From positions 3,964 through 67,963 of the IMG/VR virus record IMGVR_UViG_3300042891_001963: a DNA stretch of 64,000 bases, one strand, 5' to 3'. Made by a program: the position numbers and the translations under genes. The stretch is from a virus (taxonomy: Duplodnaviria; Caudoviricetes). Positions 58,130 to 64,000 of the stretch are shown piece by piece (position 1 is the stretch's first letter; the number at the start of each line of letters is the position of its first letter). Under the pieces are notes generated by a model, which was not told the origin of the DNA, searched no databases, and worked only from the letters and a program-made list of their open reading frames with translations.

Positions 58130-59113
58130 ATGAGTGTAATTTCATATTTCGGAGGTAAGTCCTCAAATGTATTCATTGAGTTTATTAACTCAAAAATCCC
58201 TAAAGATGGTTCAATCAAAACCTACTTAGAACCATTCTCTGGCTCAATGGGAACGTATATGGACGACCCAAACTTAAAGTTTGATGTAGTTGTCTATAAC
58301 GATAAAAATCGTCACCAGGTGAATCTATATAAGTGCGCTTCTCAACCAGAAGAATTTGTTAAGTATTTAGAAGCTTTGAAAAGAACTTTACTTCATACAG
58401 ATGAAACTGATCCATTGAAGAAGTGGGATTTCTATAAAGAGATTTACAAAAGATATATTAAGAATGATTTCTTAGATAATATGGATTTTGAGATTGGTGA
58501 TTTCAAAAAAGCGGCTATTTATGCTTTCTTAATTACATCAGCTCACAATTCGGTTTATCCTCGTGGTGCTGGTTTCAATGGTTATAAGAAAGATAAAGAT
58601 CGTTTGAAATTAGAGGTTCTTATTGACAAGTTGAAAAAGAACAAATACACAGCTAAGTTATCTACTATTACTGACTTCTATAATATTGACTTTGAGGAAT
58701 TGATTAATCAATATGATTCTGAAGATACTTATTTGTATTTGGATCCTCCTTATCACAGACCTGATGAGAATGGTGATGATGATGCTAAGAGATTATCTTG
58801 GTATGGTGCTGATAAAGAAGGAATGTTTGGACCTGCTTCACATAGAAGATTGTTAGATTTGATTAAGAAATCTAAATCTCGTTGGTCATTATCATATTAC
58901 TATTTCCCTTTGTTAGAGGAATTGTTACCAAGAGACCAATACATTTGGACTGAAAAAGAAGTATTTAGAAGTTCAGCTCAAGGTGGTAATAACTCTGAAG
59001 GTAAAGGTGAACAAGCTAAAGGTGTAGAGTTATTGATTTTAAATTACGATCCAGTTACTGGTAAAAAATTAAACATTCAAGATGGAGTATCCGCTACCGA
59101 GACAGAGATATAA
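58130..59113 (+). CDS. dam: Dam-like (D12 class) DNA adenine methyltransferase
   Basis: YFGGKS, EPFSG, YND, YLDPPY. Confidence 0.85.
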   Translation: MSVISYFGGKSSNVFIEFINSKIPKDGSIKTYLEPFSGSMGTYMDDPNLKFDVVVYNDKNRHQVNLYKCASQPEEFVKYLEALKRTLLHTDETDPLKKWDFYKEIYKRYIKNDFLDNMDFEIGDFKKAAIYAFLITSAHNSVYPRGAGFNGYKKDKDRLKLEVLIDKLKKNKYTAKLSTITDFYNIDFEELINQYDSEDTYLYLDPPYHRPDENGDDDAKRLSWYGADKEGMFGPASHRRLLDLIKKSKSRWSLSYYYFPLLEELLPRDQYIWTEKEVFRSSAQGGNNSEGKGEQAKGVELLILNYDPVTGKKLNIQDGVSATETEI

Positions 59114-59282
59114 GCATTACAAAGGTGGTACTTATGAAGTAATTACTTTAGCCACTCATACAGAAACCGGAGAAAAGTTAGTAGTCTATAAGTCTATCAA
59201 CTTTGGCTCTATTTATGTTAGACCATTAGATATTTGGAACTCAAATTCTGAACTTGGTCATAAAAGATTTGAATTAATATAA
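59082..59282 (+). CDS. DUF1653 family protein
   Basis: YKHYKGGTYEV...HTETGEKLVVY...YVRP...RF. Confidence 0.85.
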   Translation: MEYPLPRQRYKHYKGGTYEVITLATHTETGEKLVVYKSINFGSIYVRPLDIWNSNSELGHKRFELI

Positions 59283-59506
59283 TGGCAATAGCTTGTAATC
59301 CTAGTGTATTTAATATAAATAGCTCATCAAACTCAACCGCAATTAATGTTGATGTTGATGGTTGTACAGTTGTTAGTAAGTTAGTTCTATTAGATGAGAA
59401 GACTGGTAACAAATGGCAAATTAAAATATCAGATGGTGAGTTAATAGCTGAGCCATTAGAATTAGAAGATAAAAGAGAATATAAACTAAATAAAATACTA
59501 AAATGA
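59282..59506 (+). CDS. Small protein with C-terminal KREYKLNKIL tag
   Basis: 74-aa ORF, TAATG coupling. Confidence 0.65.
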   Translation: MAIACNPSVFNINSSSNSTAINVDVDGCTVVSKLVLLDEKTGNKWQIKISDGELIAEPLELEDKREYKLNKILK

Positions 59507-60051
59507 AAAAGTATAAAGTTTCCATTTATGGATATGGAGCAGAAGTAACAATTGGTTCTGTAAATGAAGAACAGAAAGAAATTCTTAATAACAATGATAA
59601 AGAGTTATGGGAAATTGTGACTAATGATTTAGAAGATTGGGGTGGTTGGTATGAAGTTGATGACCAATATCATCGTTGGGGAGCTTCAGGTACATTTACT
59701 ATTCTTATTGAAGATGAGAATGGAGAAGAAGTATATAAAATTGATTCTGATAATTTAAGTGAATTTGATACTGATGATTTTCAGTTAGTAGATTATGAAT
59801 ATACTGAAATTGATGAGTCTAAAGACTTATTAATGTGTGCTTCATTTGAAAAGGGTGGCTTCTTTGAAGGTGATATTGAAACTGAAGAGTTTGATATTAC
59901 TAAACTTAAAATCACTATTGATGAAGAGATTGGTATTGAAGAATACTACTTTGGAGATATTGTAGCTGGTGTTTACTATGATGATGAAGAAGTAGATAAC
60001 TACGGTGGTAGTACTAACGGTAAGTCATTTGATGTTACTAAGAACTTTTAA
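59503..60051 (+). CDS. Highly acidic hypothetical protein
   Basis: 182 aa, D/E-rich. Confidence 0.75.
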   Translation: MKKYKVSIYGYGAEVTIGSVNEEQKEILNNNDKELWEIVTNDLEDWGGWYEVDDQYHRWGASGTFTILIEDENGEEVYKIDSDNLSEFDTDDFQLVDYEYTEIDESKDLLMCASFEKGGFFEGDIETEEFDITKLKITIDEEIGIEEYYFGDIVAGVYYDDEEVDNYGGSTNGKSFDVTKNF

Positions 60052-60055
60052 AAAG

Positions 60056-60085
60056 AAAAAACCTCAGAGAAATCTGAGGTTTTTT
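60056..60085. terminator. Bidirectional terminator
   Basis: aaaaacctcaga-gaaa-tctgaggttttt. Confidence 0.8.
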
Positions 60086-60089
60086 ATGT

Positions 60090-60569
60090 TTACCATCCAA
60101 TAAGTTCATCAAGTGCTTCCTGTATAGCCGCTGAATATGCCATGTCGTGATCACTATCACCTTCATCATATCCTATTTCATCAGCCACTCTTTTTAATTC
60201 TTGATTAAAAGTATCAATAGATTTTCTGAACTCTTCTTTAAGAGTTTTATATGATTCTGTTTTTTGAATTTTATCCATTATATCGTAGTCAATATGTGAT
60301 TCATTGACAATTGATTCTTCTAATTCCTCAATAGCATCAATCTTATCTTTAATCTCAGCCGGACTTAAATCATCCATCTTACGAGTTGTGTTATTGAACT
60401 TATATCTTGAGTTAGCCATATTCTTTTGTTGGTCATCAGTATTAGGCTTGTTTTGTCTATCCATTTTTTTCAATTCTTCTTTTTCAGCATTAGGGTTAGC
60501 TGAGAAGTCTTTGAAGTTAACTACTTTTCTATTTACATTAAATGTAGGTTGATTATCTTTATAAGTCAT
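60090..60569 (-). CDS. Hypothetical protein
   Basis: 159 aa; late motif upstream; KVVNFKDF and IVNES motifs. Confidence 0.7.
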   Translation of the reverse strand: MTYKDNQPTFNVNRKVVNFKDFSANPNAEKEELKKMDRQNKPNTDDQQKNMANSRYKFNNTTRKMDDLSPAEIKDKIDAIEELEESIVNESHIDYDIMDKIQKTESYKTLKEEFRKSIDTFNQELKRVADEIGYDEGDSDHDMAYSAAIQEALDELIGW

Positions 60570-60692
60570 TTTATAGAATTACTTTTTTGTATATATTAAT
60601 TATCAAATCTCATTTATCTCATTTTAGAGAGTCGGTTTTTTATATATACCTATGATAAAAACAAAAATCAAAAAAGAGTGTATAATAAAGAT

Positions 60693-62033
60693 ATGAGTAA
60701 ATTAGTAACGTTAAACGGAAATAACGACCAAGAGCTTCTAAGTTCAATTTTTGATAATGAAATAATTGTATTTGAAGATATTCAAGGGTCTAAAATATGG
60801 ATAAATTGGGATGGTAAAGAATTTACTATTAAACCAAAATCAATGAGTAGTGAAAAACTTAATCTTGTTGATTTGGCTATCCAAAACTATTATAATCCAG
60901 GTATTAAATATTTAGAATCATTGGATGTTAGAATTAAATCACTATTGAATAAAAAATGGTGGTTTTGTTTTGAGTACTTTCCAGATGAGCAACCAGCTAA
61001 TATTGAATACACAAGAGTTCCTAAGAATCATTTGGTTTTAACTGCTATTAATAAAGGTGGTAAGTATGACTTTAGTGTTGAGGAATTAGATGAGTATGCT
61101 AGATTATTTGATGTTGATATGTTACCGATTGTTTTCCAAGGTAAATTAACTGAAAGAATGATTGAGGCTATTAAATACTTTATTAATACAAGTGAAGAAG
61201 ACTTAGAATATGTATTTGGTGAAAAGTCATTTGCTTTTTTCTTTTATAGAATATTAAATCCAAGTTCTACTAACTCATTTCTAATGAAAGATGAAGATTA
61301 TCAATCAAATCTTGAAAAACTTATTGTAAGAACTAAAAATGGAGATATTTCGTTTGAGATATTAAACCCTTTATATAAAAGAATAAGTGATAGTAACTCA
61401 ACAGATTTTGTTGAAATATACACACTTATCTTAGTTAACTTCTTAAATTTCTGTCAATCATTTAACTTAGATGAAATTAAATTAAAAGGTGAGAAAAGAG
61501 ATGAAGTTTACATTTATTTAATGTCAAAATTATTTAATGTTTATGTTTCTGAAGTTAAACAAGATTTATTAGATTTTGACTTTATAGTTCCTGAGTTCTT
61601 TGATAAAGAAAAGTTCAAAATTAATACAGAGTTAATTCCTAATAAATTGACTAAAGATTATATTAAAGAGTCAGATAAGTTAGAATATATTTTCAAAGTT
61701 ATTTTAGGCTCATTTAACAAGAAAAGAAAGAAAGCTATTGGTGTATTCACTGATAATACTGTAATTCTATTTAATACTTTTGTTAGTGATATTAATAATT
61801 ATATTGAGAAGTATCTTAATAAGGTTCATGAAGTTGAATTAACAAGAGCCGGATTACTTGACTTTGGTGATTTCTTTGAGATTCAATATGATCAAGATGG
61901 TGAAGGTGAAGTTTACCCTGATGTTTACTCGGAGTTTGAAAAAGGAACACCTGAACAAAAGAAGAAAAAAGGTAAAGGTGGTAAAGGATTACCAATGCCT
62001 GATGAAGAACCATCTAAAACCCCTACTAAGTAA
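60693..62033 (+). CDS. RNA-ligase-fold protein lacking motif-I lysine
   Basis: VFEDIQGSKI vs EKxDGxN; FEYF motif III; P.VFQG. Confidence 0.5.
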   Translation: MSKLVTLNGNNDQELLSSIFDNEIIVFEDIQGSKIWINWDGKEFTIKPKSMSSEKLNLVDLAIQNYYNPGIKYLESLDVRIKSLLNKKWWFCFEYFPDEQPANIEYTRVPKNHLVLTAINKGGKYDFSVEELDEYARLFDVDMLPIVFQGKLTERMIEAIKYFINTSEEDLEYVFGEKSFAFFFYRILNPSSTNSFLMKDEDYQSNLEKLIVRTKNGDISFEILNPLYKRISDSNSTDFVEIYTLILVNFLNFCQSFNLDEIKLKGEKRDEVYIYLMSKLFNVYVSEVKQDLLDFDFIVPEFFDKEKFKINTELIPNKLTKDYIKESDKLEYIFKVILGSFNKKRKKAIGVFTDNTVILFNTFVSDINNYIEKYLNKVHEVELTRAGLLDFGDFFEIQYDQDGEGEVYPDVYSEFEKGTPEQKKKKGKGGKGLPMPDEEPSKTPTK

Positions 62034-62245
62034 TGAATTCAATTGATGTTAGTATTAGAAGTGTTCAAGTTGAAGCTAAAACAAGACCGATTAAAGCTAC
62101 TTGGACTCGTGAATTGATAGCTGATTTAGATAGTTATCATAATATTGATATTGAAAAGGAACTTTCTCATCTTTTGAAAGAAGAGCTTCGTAAACAACGA
62201 GCTTCTAGTAGAAAAAAATCAATCAATAAAATCTTCCAAAATTAA
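62033..62245 (+). CDS. 70-aa fragment of a gp23-type capsid protein with C-terminal tag
   Basis: VEAKTRPIKATWTRELIADLDSYHNIDIEKELS matches gp23 EAKSRQLKA.YS.ELAQDL...H..D...ELS. Confidence 0.7.
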   Translation: MNSIDVSIRSVQVEAKTRPIKATWTRELIADLDSYHNIDIEKELSHLLKEELRKQRASSRKKSINKIFQN

Positions 62246-62276
62246 GAACATAAACTTGGAATTTCATATAATTTAT

Positions 62277-63512
62277 ATGACAGTTTCAAGTGTAATTAAG
62301 CTCAGTGATATAGAGTCTTATTCTTCAATTAAGAAGAATTTAGAGGGTAAGAAATGTAGCTTACAGTTTCTACCGGTTTCGTTGGAAACAATTTCAAAAC
62401 AAAAGAATTTTATTTATAAAGGTCAAAAGTTAAAGTCAGCTTATTTGATTGATATTATTCATAATTTAATTCTAAAGTATTATTTCAAAAAAGAAAACAA
62501 ATTTCATTTAATGTCTCCTATTTTAAAGGAGAAATATGGTTATTTATATAACTATTATATGGATTTTCTTACAGAGAATAAAATAATTATTCTTTTGTCA
62601 AAACATCAAAAGGGTAAAAGTGCTAGAGTTTATGCTATTAATGAATATATTTTAAGAGGTACTATCATTAGATTCAACAATAGTGATAAAGTCTTATTGA
62701 AGAAATATAAGGCAAAAGTATCTCAGATAATAGAAGATAAGTCAGAGAACTCTTTAATTGATAATGATATTAAGATTAAATTGGTTGATGATTTATTTAA
62801 GATTCAAATTGAATTTGACCGGTCAATATTTTACTTAGACTCATTAAAAGATAATGATGTTGATATCTATAATAGAAATAAATATTCAGTTGAGTGTATT
62901 AATGACAAACATATCTTTTATCACTTTGATAGTTATGGTAGAATGCACACTAACTTTACCATCTTAAAATCATTTATTAGAAAGAACTGTTTATTAATCA
63001 ATGGTGAAGAAACCGCTGAGATTGATATTAAGAATTCACAACCTCTTTTCTTAACTAAATTGATTCAAGACTCTGGTAGTAAATGGGTGAATCAAGAAGA
63101 GTTTGAGTTATTTAGAAATCTTACTATAAATGGTACTTACTATAACTACATAATGGATCATCTTGGAACAAAAGATAGAGGTATGGTTAAAGAATTAACA
63201 TATAAAGTACTCTTTGGTAGAAATGGTGTTAATAGCAAAGCAGATAAGATTTTTAGTAGTCTTTTTCCTACAATACATTATTTTATCAAATTGTATAAAA
63301 AAGAACATGGTGATTATAAAGTATTGGCTTATGAACTACAAAAATCAGAAAGCAATCTTATCTTTAACAAGATAATCAGGCAAATAATGACACTTTATCC
63401 TGAAATAAATTTAGTCACAGTTCATGATAGTATTATTATGCAAAAGTCTTATAGAGATTCAGTTTGGGCTATATTTCAAACTAAACTTTATGAAGAATTT
63501 GGACTTATTTAA
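62277..63512 (+). CDS. Family-A polymerase-like protein (palm only, no exonuclease)
   Basis: GRMHT, EIDIKNSQP (motif A), R...K....LFG (motif B-like), LQKSES, VHDSI (motif C). Confidence 0.55.
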   Translation: MTVSSVIKLSDIESYSSIKKNLEGKKCSLQFLPVSLETISKQKNFIYKGQKLKSAYLIDIIHNLILKYYFKKENKFHLMSPILKEKYGYLYNYYMDFLTENKIIILLSKHQKGKSARVYAINEYILRGTIIRFNNSDKVLLKKYKAKVSQIIEDKSENSLIDNDIKIKLVDDLFKIQIEFDRSIFYLDSLKDNDVDIYNRNKYSVECINDKHIFYHFDSYGRMHTNFTILKSFIRKNCLLINGEETAEIDIKNSQPLFLTKLIQDSGSKWVNQEEFELFRNLTINGTYYNYIMDHLGTKDRGMVKELTYKVLFGRNGVNSKADKIFSSLFPTIHYFIKLYKKEHGDYKVLAYELQKSESNLIFNKIIRQIMTLYPEINLVTVHDSIIMQKSYRDSVWAIFQTKLYEEFGLI

Positions 63513-63537
63513 GAAAATAAAAGTTATATATACCTAT

Positions 63538-63687
63538 ATGAAACAATATCATTTAAAATCTAAAATTTCTAATGAATCATTTGCTAAATTTTTAGCACCA
63601 TCTTTAGAAGAAGCCATTGAGTACTTTTCAAGATTAAAAAAATTATCTAAAAAAGACTTACTTAATATCTACGCTGTTACAGATTAA
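63538..63687 (+). CDS. Small hypothetical protein
   Basis: MKQYHLKS..., 49 aa after a TTATATATA motif. Confidence 0.55.
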   Translation: MKQYHLKSKISNESFAKFLAPSLEEAIEYFSRLKKLSKKDLLNIYAVTD

Positions 63688-63712
63688 GTATTATATTTTT
63701 AATATATACTTT

Positions 63713-64000
63713 ATGACAGGATTAGAACACAAAGATGCTTCATTTATTCTACTATCATCTCCACGATTAGAGGATATGATATCTATTTTATACGCTAAAG
63801 AATACCAAATTTTACCTATTAAAGGTTACTATAAAGGTCAATACGAAGACTCAGTTATGGCTTATGGTCGTGTTGATAATGATACTTTAAGAAAAGATGT
63901 TATTTTCTTATTAAATCATTTTCACGAAGAATGTGCTATTATTAAATACACTGGTGAAACTAATGCTAAAAAGATATTTAAAGATGGTTCTGAGATACCT
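63713..64000 (+). CDS. Hypothetical protein, truncated by window end
   Basis: TTAATATATA-cttt-ATG; open to the end (MTGLEHKDASFILLSSPRLED...). Confidence 0.65.
   Translation, partial: MTGLEHKDASFILLSSPRLEDMISILYAKEYQILPIKGYYKGQYEDSVMAYGRVDNDTLRKDVIFLLNHFHEECAIIKYTGETNAKKIFKDGSEIP

Noticed and set aside
1709-62046. Numerous 60-130 aa ORFs nested in or antisense to long genes
   Set aside because: They are fully overlapped by well-supported genes and have no motifs or promoter signals.
1-64000. Stop-codon reassignment, as in some large phages
   Set aside because: Core genes are full length in the standard code and coding density is high.

Overview
This is a very AT-rich, gene-dense segment of a large T4-like (jumbo-type) myophage genome, read in the standard genetic code. 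It carries the virion core genes: portal gp20, a fused prohead protease/scaffold gp21, major capsid gp23, terminase gp17, sheath gp18, tube gp19, gp15, gp25, gp26/gp51-like, gp2, gp4 and a probable tape measure. It also has a gp55-like late sigma factor, clamp loader, gp47 nuclease and host-like genes (GS type II, RNase R, ClpS, an NFACT-R domain, NADAR, Dam, an M28 peptidase and a tmRNA). A Bacteroidota host is inferred from TTTG-N20-TAnnTTTG promoters, A-rich leaders without Shine-Dalgarno sites, a Q-rule signal peptide and a G-starting tmRNA tag. Highlights: (1) small proteins that pair fragments of virion proteins (a foreign-type gp23 fragment, a catalytically dead gp21 copy) with a shared R-[EK]-x-[KS]-[LI]-[NQ]-x-I-[LF] tag, possibly a decoy system; (2) about 15 proteins with a T4-like capsid-targeting N-terminus, including several modifying enzymes; (3) a phage translation quality-control set with an atypical tmRNA; (4) three promoter classes, the late one often exactly 4 nt before ATG; (5) a probable +1 frameshift joining the gp26-like and gp51-like ORFs. 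All protein assignments come from motif recognition by eye; no database searches were run.
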